From positions 256,001 to 320,000 of the forward strand of contig CAVPOM010000007.1 of assembly GCA_963707025.1 (NCBI GenBank): DNA of 64,000 bases. The letters are read 5' to 3'. The notes under the pieces are model-generated. The model saw nothing but the letters and a program-made list of their open reading frames with translations, had not been told where the DNA came from and ran no database searches. Shown piece after piece: positions 21,420 through 32,189 of the stretch. This DNA is from an uncultured Verrucomicrobiae bacterium. GTDB lineage: Bacteria > Verrucomicrobiota > Verrucomicrobiia > Limisphaerales > Palsa-1400. The position numbers were made by a program, and so were the translations under genes. How positions within the stretch are numbered: position 1 is the first letter of the stretch; every line of letters begins with the position of its first letter.

Positions 21420-21766
21420 CCGGCTATGAGTGCTTTGCCAGGTGCCTGACCAGCGCCTCCTCCTGCGTGCAAATTGTCCGCTGGGACGGGCCGCTTGGAA
21501 AGTTCACCTATTTGGCTGACAAACGCGGCGCCAATTATGGGCTCAACAATGGCGACATACTCAAGGCCTGCGTCATCGGCAATGTCATCACGGTGTCTAT
21601 CAACGGGGTTGAGAAGGCCCGGGTCACCGATGACACTTTCAAGGCGGGCAATCCGGGAATTGGGGAGTATCTTGCCTGCCAATCCGGTCAAGGCATTGGC
21701 TCCAACTTCGATTTTGGGTTCGCCAGTTTTACAGCCAAGGGCCTCGACGCCCAAGCCGGGCGCTAG
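21420..21766 (+). pseudogene. 3' fragment of a concanavalin-A-like beta-sandwich protein
   Basis: GYECFARC...QIVRWDGPLGKFTYL...GDILKACVIGNVITVSINGVEKARVTDDTFKAGNPGIG; no plausible N-terminus or signal peptide. Confidence 0.5.
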
Positions 21767-21784
21767 AGCGTATTCAAGAAAACT

Positions 21785-21965
21785 GTAGCCGCAGCACGCG
21801 GTAGGGTCCCGGTTTGCCGGGACTGCCCGCCGCGGCGCGCACGGAGTGCGCGCCCTACCTCCCTCGTTTCGGCTGCATCATTTCTTAAACCGCTCTAACT
21901 AATCCAGTTCGTAACCGCACTGTTGCCGAAGCGATTGGCGGCGGCCGCAGACCGCCGCTACCGTG
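21785..21965. repeat. REP-like palindromes
   Basis: ggtaggg...ccctacc enclosing gtcccgg/ccgggac and ggcgcgcac-gga-gtgcgcgcc hairpins; gcggcggccgcagaccgccgctac at ~21938-21961. Confidence 0.6.
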
Positions 21966-21987
21966 CAACAGCAAACTGGAAATGGCT

Positions 21988-24582
21988 TTACCGGGTTGCC
22001 GGACCCAGCTCAAACTGTTGCGGCGCGGGACCACCGGGTGTGCCTGTAAACTCGATGCGGCCGGCCCCGTCCGCATGCAAGGGAGCGGTGGTTTGACCGT
22101 TGGCTTTCAGTTCGTAAATCGCGTTGGGCCGCAATCGGGCCACGACATGCAGCGTCTTTCCTTCGCCTGCCGGCACCGCTTCCGTCCACCGGCGCGGCGC
22201 GTCCGGATCGCGGGGCCAGCTCTGAATTTGCACGGTGAACGGCCCGGCCGCCGGCCGCGAGATGGACATGGCCCAATCGGTGTTCGTGCCCGGAAAGTAT
22301 TCCAGTCCGGCCCCGGTGGCATTCACGCCAAAAGGGGTGGGACCGCCCAGCGTGCCGGCCCCCGCCGTCACCGCGCAACCTTCCGTGCTCAAATCAATCA
22401 GATAGGGCCGCCCCCGCAACTGGTAACAGAGTTTGGTGCCGTTGAGTTCGCCGGCCAGGTGGGGTTCCAGATAAAGCCGGTTGGGCTTGGGCTGAAGGCC
22501 GTAGATGTCGCGGTAAAGCCCCACCACCGGCATGCAGTTGCCGGCCAGAATGTCATCGCCCGAGCCGCGTTGCGATCGCCTCAGGTAGCGTTGAAAAGAC
22601 AATCCATCCTCTTGATAGCGGGCCAGGGTTTTCTTGACGTACTGGAGCGCCAGGACGGGATCATAAGCGGCGTAAGCGCGCACCCCCAGTTCACCCCAGG
22701 ACAGAAACAGGTCGCCATTTTCATAGTTCGGGAAGGGGAAATTGCGGGCCGCGCCTTCGTCCCGCTCAAAGGTGAAAAAGGCCAGCGGCCAGATGAACAG
22801 CTTCTCCTTTTGCATCTCCGCTTCCGTCCGGTCGAGAATGGCCTTCTGCCGCGCCGGGTCGTCGCAAAGCCCGTAGGCAATCGCCGCGAAGTTGACCGGC
22901 GTGCAGAGGTTGTCGCCATGGGTGGAACCGTCCTTGTCGCGCCAATAGACATACCACTGGTTGGTTGGGTCCCAAAAGCCGCCTTCGGAGATCGGGCGGT
23001 TGAAACTGGTCTTCAATCGCGCCGCGAAATCCCGATAGGCGGCCGCCTGCGCCGGATCGCCCAGCGTCTCCTCCGCGCCCGACCACAGTTGGAGCGCGGC
23101 GTAAAGTTCAGCGTTGACCAGGGCGTTTTCGTACGAGGCCCAGATAATATCCACCCAGTCGCTCCCTCTCTGCTCTTGGCGGGAGTCGGTCATCACGGCC
23201 ACCAGCCCGCTCTGCTGGACCTCCCGGCGCAGGAGAAAATTCAAGGCCCGTTCGCACGCGCTCTTTTGCCCGGCCAGCCAGGGGCGGTCCCCCGTCAGAT
23301 CAAACTCCTCCGCCACATTCATCACGTAATCCGGCTGCGAATCCATCAGGTAGCCCCACTGCGCCTCATAAAAGCCCAGGGCGTCATGGGTGCCGCGCAT
23401 GGCATCGCCAGAGTCATAGCCCCAGCGCGCTTTGACCCGTCCGTCCGGGCCGATCGCGTGGTCCCGCTCGTAATCCAGCGTGGCGGCCAGATTGGCCGTG
23501 TAATCCGGGTCGTCCAAGGCCAGGCCGATCCCGGCAAACCATTGCTCATGCAGGCAGATGAAGCCAGTCCGCCAGCCGTTGGCCCCGATCAACCGGCTGT
23601 CCACCACTCCATACCGGCCCACCGTGTTGAGCAACTCGCCAATGTTCCCGCCATCCAATCCTGCAAACGTGCCCCGGTTGCAGATTTCCTCGTAATCCAG
23701 CGCCTGCAACGCCAACTCGACACTCACTTCGCCCGCCCCCGCCTGGAACGGCGCCCATAAATCCTGCCGATGCGCCAGAAAACGGCGCAAATTGACTTTG
23801 GGTTTCAGTTCCTCGCCGCTCACGACGTAATTGAAGGAGAAAATGTTGTTCGTCTGGTGCGAGAAGCGGACGGTGCCGTATTGCTGCTTGGGGAGGCTGG
23901 GGACAATCCGCAGGCCATCGCGCTGCTCGCGGTTCCAGAAAGTCACCGTCCCGGCGTGCGCGCCATAGGTCGCGTTGAGCGTTTCCAGGTACTTGTTCCA
24001 GACCACTCCTCCGTTATCCAGCAACCCTCCGGTCCAGGTTGACATGCTGCGGAAATCCCATTCCGGGAACGCCGCGTCCTCCAGGGTGGTTTCCGTTGCA
24101 TATTTGCGTGTGATCCGCCACACCACCCTATCCGCCTCAACCGTAAATTGCCAGGTCTCGCGGACCTCGCTGCCCGGCTGGCCAAAGACAATGTTGGTTA
24201 CGGTGAGGGTGTCCTTGCCGAGGACAACGCCCGGCGTGGCCAGGCCGGTCCTGGTGGTGAACCATTGGCCCTCCACACGCAGGCCGCTGGCCACGCCTGA
24301 TTCGGCCGCCACCTCGCGCCCGCGCACGGTGACTTGATCCAAAACGCAACGGCCGTCGTAATTCAATCTCAGCGCCAACCGCCCCTGCCCGTCCGCCAGC
24401 GTCACCAGCTTCCGTTCGGCATCCAGATGAATCGTCCCCTCTGCGGCGGCCGAAACGGACGCGCCGCTCATCCACCCCGCAACCAAAAACACAATGCCGC
24501 GAGCCAATTGCCTTTCGGCCCGCGGCTGTTCTTGTGCGCGACCAAGGCATCCCTCGCCGGAGGCAAACACACCGCGGCGCAC
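21988..24582 (-). CDS. Large secreted six-hairpin glycoside hydrolase (GH78/GH116-like catalytic barrel); start uncertain
   Basis: Trp/Asp-rich helical core: DSQPDYVMNVAEEFDLTGDRPWL, SDWVDIIWASYENALVNAELYAAL, YENGDLFLSWG, GDDILAGN. Confidence 0.7.
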   Translation of the reverse strand: MRRGVFASGEGCLGRAQEQPRAERQLARGIVFLVAGWMSGASVSAAAEGTIHLDAERKLVTLADGQGRLALRLNYDGRCVLDQVTVRGREVAAESGVASGLRVEGQWFTTRTGLATPGVVLGKDTLTVTNIVFGQPGSEVRETWQFTVEADRVVWRITRKYATETTLEDAAFPEWDFRSMSTWTGGLLDNGGVVWNKYLETLNATYGAHAGTVTFWNREQRDGLRIVPSLPKQQYGTVRFSHQTNNIFSFNYVVSGEELKPKVNLRRFLAHRQDLWAPFQAGAGEVSVELALQALDYEEICNRGTFAGLDGGNIGELLNTVGRYGVVDSRLIGANGWRTGFICLHEQWFAGIGLALDDPDYTANLAATLDYERDHAIGPDGRVKARWGYDSGDAMRGTHDALGFYEAQWGYLMDSQPDYVMNVAEEFDLTGDRPWLAGQKSACERALNFLLRREVQQSGLVAVMTDSRQEQRGSDWVDIIWASYENALVNAELYAALQLWSGAEETLGDPAQAAAYRDFAARLKTSFNRPISEGGFWDPTNQWYVYWRDKDGSTHGDNLCTPVNFAAIAYGLCDDPARQKAILDRTEAEMQKEKLFIWPLAFFTFERDEGAARNFPFPNYENGDLFLSWGELGVRAYAAYDPVLALQYVKKTLARYQEDGLSFQRYLRRSQRGSGDDILAGNCMPVVGLYRDIYGLQPKPNRLYLEPHLAGELNGTKLCYQLRGRPYLIDLSTEGCAVTAGAGTLGGPTPFGVNATGAGLEYFPGTNTDWAMSISRPAAGPFTVQIQSWPRDPDAPRRWTEAVPAGEGKTLHVVARLRPNAIYELKANGQTTAPLHADGAGRIEFTGTPGGPAPQQFELGPATR

Positions 24583-24813
24583 CAGGCCCGTGATGGGCCA
24601 GGCAAACCATCATCTTCTGATTGCGGCATACGACTCATTTCATCTCTCCTCAATTGACCTGGTTTTAATTGGACTGGCCCAATCCGGCGCCGCCCGGTCA
24701 GCGCCGGTTTGACCACCGCTTATGATCTTCACAATCTTGCCGCCCACGCGCCACGACATTAACGGATGAGCGCGGCAGAATCCATTTCTTTACCCCTGTT
24801 TGCCAAAGTGGCG

Positions 24814-25689
24814 TCAATAGTAGAAGAAGAGAGGGCCAGTCGTCCGGACTTGAAATTGGGAGAAAGGCCGCCACTCGACATGGCCATCCAACATCCCCGC
24901 GTTTCCCCCGCTGGGAAGCCGGCCGTTGGCCAGATGCGCGCTGGTGAAAGATTTGATGGCGGCCGGAATATCGGCATCAAAACTGCGCGCCAGACTGGTC
25001 CAACGATAGGTTTGCATCTGCGCCAGGCTGATGGTCGCGCCGCTGCCGGTGACCGTCGCGCAGGCCAGGAGCACCCGGCTGGAGGGGCGGACCGGCAGCA
25101 TCACGGTGGGGGTGGAATGAGGCGAAATCCCCGCCGGGTTTTGCTTCCGATTCACGTTGGTGCTGCACAAGAATGCGGAGTCGGCGTAGGTCGAAATCCC
25201 GAAAAAAGTCTCGGCATATCCAATCACCCGCGCTGGCGGCGGATCATCCGCATCCCCGTCGCCGCCGGGGGTTGTATTATTCCAAAGGGCGAGATAATCC
25301 GCCTCGCTGAAGGCTTGCGCCGTGCCCGGGTCATACCAGAGTTTGTAAGGAGCGCCGCCAGTGGAAAAGTAGTTGCCGGTCGCCGTGGTCATGTCCCACG
25401 GCTCGGTCGCCCCCGTATTATCCGGCATGAAATCCTTGTTGTCATTGGCATAAATGAATTCCGCCAGAATCTGCTGCCGTTCGTTGCTCTTGCAATGTGT
25501 GCGAACCGCCTGGTCCCTGGCCTTCGACAACGCGGGCAACAGCAGCGCGGCCAGGATGGCGATGATGGCGATAACGACGAGCAATTCGATCAGCGTAAAA
25601 GCATCACCCCTCCGATGGCCGGCGCCAGGATGGCTCCGCCAAGACACGGAATCTTGCCACGGCGATTGAAGCTTGGTCCGGCGATTCAT
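24814..25689 (-). CDS. Prepilin-type N-methylation domain protein with H-X9-DG motif (DUF1559-like)
   Basis: [29 protein letters not shown] and C-terminal H...[13 protein letters not shown]. Confidence 0.9.
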   Translation of the reverse strand: MNRRTKLQSPWQDSVSWRSHPGAGHRRGDAFTLIELLVVIAIIAILAALLLPALSKARDQAVRTHCKSNERQQILAEFIYANDNKDFMPDNTGATEPWDMTTATGNYFSTGGAPYKLWYDPGTAQAFSEADYLALWNNTTPGGDGDADDPPPARVIGYAETFFGISTYADSAFLCSTNVNRKQNPAGISPHSTPTVMLPVRPSSRVLLACATVTGSGATISLAQMQTYRWTSLARSFDADIPAAIKSFTSAHLANGRLPSGGNAGMLDGHVEWRPFSQFQVRTTGPLFFYY

Positions 25690-25748
25690 GGATTCGTGTA
25701 GTATGGAGCAATTAGTCGTGTCCGTCAAGTTCAGCAAATTATTTGCGG

Positions 25749-27951
25749 TCAGGGCGCGCTGTCGGGCTTGTAATCCTCGTTGAGCTCCAGGCGCAGGTAG
25801 TCGTAAACGACGCCGGAAGTGACTTCCCCGGCGGGCACGGTGAGCTGCATTTCGTTTTCGCCCTGCTTGAGCAGCGTGGCGTCGAACTTCAAGATGTGTT
25901 CCTGCCAGACGCTTTTGTCGGTGTTGTAGCGCAGGGCATTGGTGGGCGTTGGACGGAGGGCGCCGGCGCTCTTGCCGTTGACAGCGATGGCCAGCCCGCC
26001 GGTGCCGTCGGCGCCGGCCAGCGCCACGCGCAGGACCGCCTGGCCCTGCGGCGCCTTGTCCATGTTGAAGTTAATGGTCCAGGTGGTCGCCCGGCCCCGG
26101 CCGATGGATCGCCAAGTGTCCGATCCCTGCACCTGGACCCAGCCAAAGCGCTGGTGCAGCGGGTCCTTGGCCTCCGGGTTCTTCCAGGCATCGGACAGCG
26201 CGTGGGGCACTTGCTCAAAGAACCAGTCCTTGTGGTAATCGCTTTGGCCGATGGTGTAGGTGATGTCGTTGGGGAACAATCGCCATAACGCAGACCCCAG
26301 CCCCAGAGCCAGTAGTTGGAGCCGTCGCCCTTGTAGAATTTGCCGCCGGTGCGGTCGGGGTAGCCGATGTCCCAGATTTGCCTGCCGTAGCGCAGGGCTT
26401 CCATTCGATTTTGTTCAAGTCCAGGGTCTTGCCGGCTTGGACGGTGATGTTGGCCTGCGAGAATTCACCCAGCACGCCGTCGGCAAACGCATGCAGCGTG
26501 TAGGTGCCGGGGCGGACGTTGGGAATGGTGAAGTTGCCGTCCTCGCTCCCGTCGTTCCAGAACTGGTAGAATTTCGCGTCGTGCGCCCAGTCCACCATGC
26601 CGCCACCGCGCCTGGAAGCTCCTGGTGCGCCAGCGGCTGCATTGGTGTCCCCGGCGCCGGAAGCCCGGCCGCCGCGCCTGCCGCCGCCGGCATAATCCGG
26701 ATGGGCCAGGCCCACGGTCAGGTTGGGCAGCTTGGTGGTGGCGGCTTGCGGGTCGTTGAGCACCAGTTGCCCGGTGACCGTCCCGCGCCCGTCCTTGTGC
26801 GGGTAGTCCACGCCGTTGACCCAGTCGTAGGGCCATTGGGCTTTCTCTTTCTTGGCCTGGCTGAGTGCGTCCTGCCACAAAGCCGTGGCGTTGTCCTTCC
26901 AGGCCTCTGGCACGATGGGGTTGCCGGCGGTGGCGGCCAGCGTGGCCAGGTCGGCCTGGGAAGCGACTCTGGGGTTGGCCAGCGCGTTGCAATAAACAAA
27001 AATCGGCCCAATGACCTTGCTCCACTCCTCCCCGGCGCTTATGTTGCAGCTCGCCCCGCCTCCGTAATGCGTCCCGCGCCAGTAATCCAGAATGATCGGG
27101 TCCGGGTTGTCGTTGGCGTCAAAATGGCAGACCAATTCCTGCTTGGAAGCCCCGCCGCTGAGAAATTCGATGGTCGGGTTGATGAACCACACGCCGACGT
27201 GATCCTTGGTGCTCGACCAGCCGAAGGCCGGGACCTTGTATTGCACGGCGTTGTAGCTGTATTTATGCTCGACGGAGTTTTGGTAAAAGCCGGTGCTCAA
27301 GATCCGCTGTTCCTTCGCGTGGATTTGGATGCCCGCGCCCCAGTCCTGCGGCGTGCATTCCAGCAGGTTGCGGTCCGAGTCCACCGAGATCCAGTCGAAG
27401 GTCTTGTTGAGCTTGGTGATGTAGCGGCTTTCGCCCACACCCATCGCGCCGTAGGCCGCCGGGTGGGAGAAAATCGCGTAGGCGTAAATGCCGCTTTCGC
27501 CCCGGCCCATGGCGTAGCGGACCTCGATGTCGCAATACGTTCCGCCGCCGGGCGCGCCCGGCGTCAGCATCACCGTGCCGCCGGTCACGCCCTTGACGGC
27601 GATTTCGGCGCGCGCCGCGCCGTTTTTCGCCGGGTCAATCGTCACCGTTTGGGTCAATTGCGGCGCCCCCTGAGGGGTTTGCTCCCAGTAGCCCCCGGCG
27701 CCCATGGTCTCGACGCCGTGAAAAAAGAGCGAGGTCAGGTTGCCGTTGCCCTTGTTGATCGTCGCCTTGACGATGCCGTTGTCGAGCGTCCAGGCGCGGC
27801 CGTTGTCGGTCACGGTCACGGGGGCGTTGGCTTCTGGTTTGGCGACGACCGGCCCGGCTTCGGCGGCGCGCAGCGGCGGCACGGCCAGCGCCATGGCCAT
27901 GAAGGCAGAGGCAAGGAAGCCGCGCGCGCCGGCAGAGAGGGGATTCTTCAT
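25749..27951 (-). CDS. Polysaccharide lyase family 4 (rhamnogalacturonan lyase), frameshifts near 26400 and 26280
   Basis: [79 protein letters not shown]. Confidence 0.88.
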
Positions 27952-28082
27952 GGGGAATTGTTGATGGTGGTGACTTCGCTTCGACGCATCCCTGATGGTC
28001 TGCCAAAACCTCCAGCGCGGCAAGCGGAAGATTTCAGGATTATGTAGTTTGCAAACGCAGGTTTGTAGGGTTCCTCGCTGTT

Positions 28083-28396
28083 TTCAGTGGAATGAAAAGC
28101 GACGTTTGGAGCCTCATCATTGGTACTGCCAATCCCAACGGGATTGAATCTTGCAGCCCAGGGTTGCGAGGCACGAGCTACCCTGGGTACGATCAGAGAA
28201 GCATCACAACCCTGCAAGGGTTGAATCTGTTTCTCAAGACTTTGCTATTCAACCCCTTCAGGGTTGTGTCATGTTATTGCAACCACCCAGGGTAGGCCCT
28301 CTCGGAATCGGGCCAACCTTGGGCTAAATGCTCCAATCCCTTCGGGATTGAGGAACAGGCCTTTGCGATGCTAACAACACCTCTTATTCCACTGAA
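28083..28396. repeat. Large nested inverted-repeat element (MITE/REPIN-like)
   Basis: Outer IR ttcagtggaat/attccactgaa; inner arms caatccc-nnn-gggattg (28130, 28334), agcccagggttg/caaccttgggct, ctaccctgggt/acccagggtag. Confidence 0.75.
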
Positions 28397-28541
28397 TTGT
28401 GTGTTCCATTATGCGCGCTTATCGGAGCAAATCGAGGCAGGAATGTAAACCAGAAAGCAACCGGAATTTTAAATCAGCCTGGAAAATGCCAAATAAAACA
28501 GAAAGATTGTCTGCCCGGCCGGATATCGGCTATCCTGCCCG

Positions 28542-28934
28542 ATGACAATGAGCTTTTACGACCAACTGAAGTTTAATGCGGACGGCCTGGTGCCGGCCAT
28601 CATCCAGGACCAAGCCAGCGGACGGGTCTTGATGATGGCCTGGATGAACCGCGCCTCCCTGGAGTCCACCCTCGCCACGGGCAAAACCCACTTCTGGAGC
28701 CGGTCCCGCCAAAAATTCTGGATGAAAGGCGAAAGCAGCGGCCACACCCAAACCGTCAAGGACATCGCTTATGATTGCGATGGCGACACCCTGTTGATTC
28801 AAGTGGAGCAGGTCGGGGCGGCCTGCCACGAGGGCTATCGCTCCTGCTTTTTCCGCTCCGTCGGCCCGGACGGCGCCGGCCGTGTCACCGAACCCCGGCT
28901 CAAGCCGCCTGGGGAAATCTACGGCAAGAAATGA
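28542..28934 (+). CDS. hisI: Phosphoribosyl-AMP cyclohydrolase
   Basis: [56 protein letters not shown]. Confidence 0.97.
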   Translation: MTMSFYDQLKFNADGLVPAIIQDQASGRVLMMAWMNRASLESTLATGKTHFWSRSRQKFWMKGESSGHTQTVKDIAYDCDGDTLLIQVEQVGAACHEGYRSCFFRSVGPDGAGRVTEPRLKPPGEIYGKK

Positions 28935-29458
28935 ACGGGGATGCGCTTTCTTTCGGGAGTTCCCCATACCTTTGCATGATGGGGCTGCTCGTCTTTGGCC
29001 GCGGGGCCGATTTCTTCAGCACCTGGGTGGCCACGCCCAACCTGCTGCTGGAGGGAAATCCTCTGGCCAAAAAACTCGGCTGGAAACTCGGCGGCCTGGT
29101 CAATCTGGCCCTTTGCTTCGGCCTGGCCTTCTGGCCGGCCACCGCCCTGGCGGCGGTCACCGCCAGCCTGCTGGTGGCGGCCCACAACTTCCATCTGGCC
29201 TGGCTGATGCGCTCCATGGGCGAGGAGGCCTTTAATCACTGGTTCCAGGAACGCATGGTGGAAAGCCGCCTGCCGCTCTACATGACCTGCCTCCTGGGCG
29301 AAACCGGCGCCACCGCCCTGGTCGGCGTCGGGCTGCTCTGTTGGTGCCCCGAGGACTCCAAGGCCTTTGCCATCGGCTGCGGCATCGTCGCCTACGCCGT
29401 CATCGTTCTCTTTTATACCTCGCTGTCCTTGTGGCGTCTGCGCCGCCAGGCAGGATGA
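28931..29458 (+). CDS. Membrane hypothetical protein
   Basis: ATGA overlap with his[30 protein letters not shown] followed by several TM helices. Confidence 0.75.
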   Translation: MNGDALSFGSSPYLCMMGLLVFGRGADFFSTWVATPNLLLEGNPLAKKLGWKLGGLVNLALCFGLAFWPATALAAVTASLLVAAHNFHLAWLMRSMGEEAFNHWFQERMVESRLPLYMTCLLGETGATALVGVGLLCWCPEDSKAFAIGCGIVAYAVIVLFYTSLSLWRLRRQAG

Positions 29459-29488
29459 GGCCCGGAACTGAACGCCCGTCCCCAACCC

Positions 29489-31066
29489 TTGTCCACTACT
29501 TATCTGAATATCGAGCCTGGCAAAGATGAATTCTTGCAGTTGGCCGCCCTGGGAAATCTCATCCCGGTCACCCGCCGACTTTTGGCCGATTTTGAAACGC
29601 CTCTCTCCGCTTATCATAAAATCCGCGGCCGGGGCGAATCGTTTCTTTTTGAATCGGTGGAGGGCGGGGAATACATCGGCCGCTACTCCTTTGTCGGCTG
29701 CAATCCTCGCGCCGTCATCCGCCAATCCGGCCGCCTCATCCAGGTGATCGAGAACGGCAAGGTGACCGGGAATTTTGCCGCGCAGGGCGGCCCGCCCTCC
29801 ACCGCCCCTGTAGCGGCGGAAAATGGCCGCCGCAATAATCCCCAACCCGTCCGGGACGGCCTGGCTGTGGTCGAGCAAGTCATGCAGCGTTTTCAGGCCG
29901 TGGCCCGGCCCGGCCTGCCTCGTTTTACCGGCGGCGCGGTCGGCTTCATCGGCTATGAATTCATCCACGACATCGAACCGGTCATCCCGCGCCCGCCGCG
30001 CGACGACCTGGGCACGCCCGTCCTGTATTTTCTCATCGCGGACCAGCTCCTGGTTTTTGACCGCGTGGCCCAGACCATCACCATCCTGGTCAACGCCGTG
30101 CTGGACGGGAAAAGCAGCCCGGAGCAGGCCTACCAGGGCGCGGTGGGGGAAATCGAGCGGCTGGTTTCCCTGCTGGAGCAGCCGTCCCACCCTGCCCCGG
30201 TGGATGTGCCGCGCGAAGTCCCGCAGATCCCCTTTGTCTCCAACGTGCCCAAGGAGGTGTTTTTGCGCAATGTCTTGCGCGCCCAGCAATACATCACCCA
30301 GGGCGACATTATTCAAGTGGTCGGCTCGCAACGCTTTTCCACCCCCGTCCACGCCGCCCCGCTGGACATTTATCGCGCCGCCCGCTCCATCAACCCTTCC
30401 CCTTATATGTTCTTGCTGGAGTTGGACGGATTCTCCCTGGTGGGCGCGTCGCCCGAAACCCATGTGCGCTGCGAGGACGGCCGGGTGGAAATCCGCCCCA
30501 TCGCCGGCACGCGCCCGCGCGGCAGGACCGCCGAAGAAGACGCCGCCCTGGGCGCGGAGTTGCTGGCCGATCCCAAGGAACGCGCCGAGCACGTCATGCT
30601 GGTGGACCTGGCCCGCAACGACCTGGGCCGCGTCTGCCAATTCGGCAGCGTGGTGGTCAGGGATCTGATGATCCTGGAGCGCTACAGCCATGTCATGCAT
30701 ATTGTCTCGCAAATCGGCGGAACTCTTTCCGGCGGACGCACCCCTTACGATTTGATGCGCGCCACCTTTCCCGCCGGCACCCTGACCGGCGCCCCCAAAA
30801 TCCGCGCCATGCAGATTATCGCCGAACTGGAACAAACGGCCCGCGGCCCCTATGGCGGCTGCGTCGGTTATTTCTCCTTCAGCGGCAACCTGGATTGCTG
30901 CATCACCATCCGCACCGCCCTGCTCAAAGACGGCCGGGCTTTTGTCCAGGCCGGCGGCGGCTGGGTCAACGACTCCACGCCCGAGTCCGAATTCCAGGAG
31001 ACCGTCAACAAAGCCAAAGCCATGCTCAAGGCCGTGGCCATGGCCGAGAATTTTACCCCGGGGTGA
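29489..31066 (+). CDS. trpE: Anthranilate synthase component I
   Basis: ADFETPLSAY, SFLFESVEGGE, NPSPYMF, PIAGTRPRG, KERAEHVMLVDLARND, FPAGTLTGAPKIRAM. Confidence 0.96.
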   Translation: MSTTYLNIEPGKDEFLQLAALGNLIPVTRRLLADFETPLSAYHKIRGRGESFLFESVEGGEYIGRYSFVGCNPRAVIRQSGRLIQVIENGKVTGNFAAQGGPPSTAPVAAENGRRNNPQPVRDGLAVVEQVMQRFQAVARPGLPRFTGGAVGFIGYEFIHDIEPVIPRPPRDDLGTPVLYFLIADQLLVFDRVAQTITILVNAVLDGKSSPEQAYQGAVGEIERLVSLLEQPSHPAPVDVPREVPQIPFVSNVPKEVFLRNVLRAQQYITQGDIIQVVGSQRFSTPVHAAPLDIYRAARSINPSPYMFLLELDGFSLVGASPETHVRCEDGRVEIRPIAGTRPRGRTAEEDAALGAELLADPKERAEHVMLVDLARNDLGRVCQFGSVVVRDLMILERYSHVMHIVSQIGGTLSGGRTPYDLMRATFPAGTLTGAPKIRAMQIIAELEQTARGPYGGCVGYFSFSGNLDCCITIRTALLKDGRAFVQAGGGWVNDSTPESEFQETVNKAKAMLKAVAMAENFTPG

Positions 31067-31281
31067 GGGAGGGCGGATCACAAATGAATACAAATGAACA
31101 ACGTAATACGTCAGCGACTTGAGGGAAAGGTAGGGCGAGACTCTGTTCGAGCCGTGACTTTTTGCAAAGGAATCGAGTTTCTGTGCGCCGATGCTTGCAA
31201 GATTGAGGATTGCAAACAGTATAGGTCGTTGACTGCCCGCATGGTTGCGGGCAACTGCCGATTACCAACGAAAGATGAATT

Positions 31282-32019
31282 ATGCGCGCCTATCGAATAT
31301 TGCTCGTTGCCGTCGCCGCCGGTTTCTTATTGACCGGTTGCGCCCAATACATTACTCCCAGCGGACGGGCGGATTTCACCGCCATGACCAGCCCGGCCAT
31401 TCAGGAGAGTTTCGCCGCCAAGCCGACGGCCCAATTCCCGGTGGGCATCGCCGCCATCCGGGTGCAGGCGCCGTATTACCGGAGTTATTCCACCGACCAG
31501 TCGGGCGGCGTTTTTAACGGGGAGAATTACTCGGTCATCGTCGTCAAGGAAGCCGAGGACGACACGGACATCAAGCGTCTGGAAAGTCTGCCCGGCGTGG
31601 GCGGCATCATCAGCATCAGCCGGCTGCTGCTCCCGCCCCATTTGCGCTCCGAACAGGACCTGCGCGAGGCGGCGGCGCGGCTCAAGGCGGAAATGGTGCT
31701 GCTCTATACATTTGACACGACCTTTCACCAGAACGATGCCGCGCTCCCTCTAAGCATGGTGACCTTGGGGCTGTCGCCCACCCGGCACGTCTCGGTTCAC
31801 GTCACCGCCTCCGCCCTGGTGTTGGACACGCGGACCGGCTTTGTCTATGCCGCCTTTGAGGCCAGCGAAAAGCGAAGCCCCTACAGCACCTCCTGGGGAT
31901 CCAAGGAGACGGCTGACCGCGCCCGCCGCGACGCCGAGCAGGCCGCCTTCAAGGGCCTGGTGGGGGAATTCGAGAAAAACTGGCCCCGCATCGTCGAGCG
32001 GGCCAAAAAGGGGGCTTAA
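31282..32019 (+). CDS. Hypothetical lipoprotein
   Basis: Lipobox LLTGC; globular alpha/beta body (LREAAARLKAEMVLLY, ALVLDTRTGFVY). Confidence 0.8.
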   Translation: MRAYRILLVAVAAGFLLTGCAQYITPSGRADFTAMTSPAIQESFAAKPTAQFPVGIAAIRVQAPYYRSYSTDQSGGVFNGENYSVIVVKEAEDDTDIKRLESLPGVGGIISISRLLLPPHLRSEQDLREAAARLKAEMVLLYTFDTTFHQNDAALPLSMVTLGLSPTRHVSVHVTASALVLDTRTGFVYAAFEASEKRSPYSTSWGSKETADRARRDAEQAAFKGLVGEFEKNWPRIVERAKKGA

Positions 32020-32065
32020 GCCCGCTGAGCAATTGGCCCCAGGACCGCGCATCCCGGAAACGCTG
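31958..32065 (+). repeat. Direct repeat, left copy flanking the R-M islet
   Basis: gaattcgagaaaaactggccccgcatcgtcgagcgggccaaaaagggggc (50 bp, 31966-32015) is identical at 34444-34493, with diverged extensions on both sides. Confidence 0.9.
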
Positions 32066-32189
32066 ATTGTTGAAAAGAAGGCTATGCGGGAAAGTCGTGC
32101 CAGATGGCTACGGAGGAGGATAACCTGTTGCGTACGACAGGCTTTATAATGCTTCACCCTGAAGGAGCAAAAGGCTACAAAATGGAAGG

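Noticed and set aside
31067..31281. tRNA or riboswitch downstream of trpE
   Set aside because: Only a REP-like half element and a short hairpin (tgcccgca-tggt-tgcgggca); no cloverleaf or aptamer consensus.
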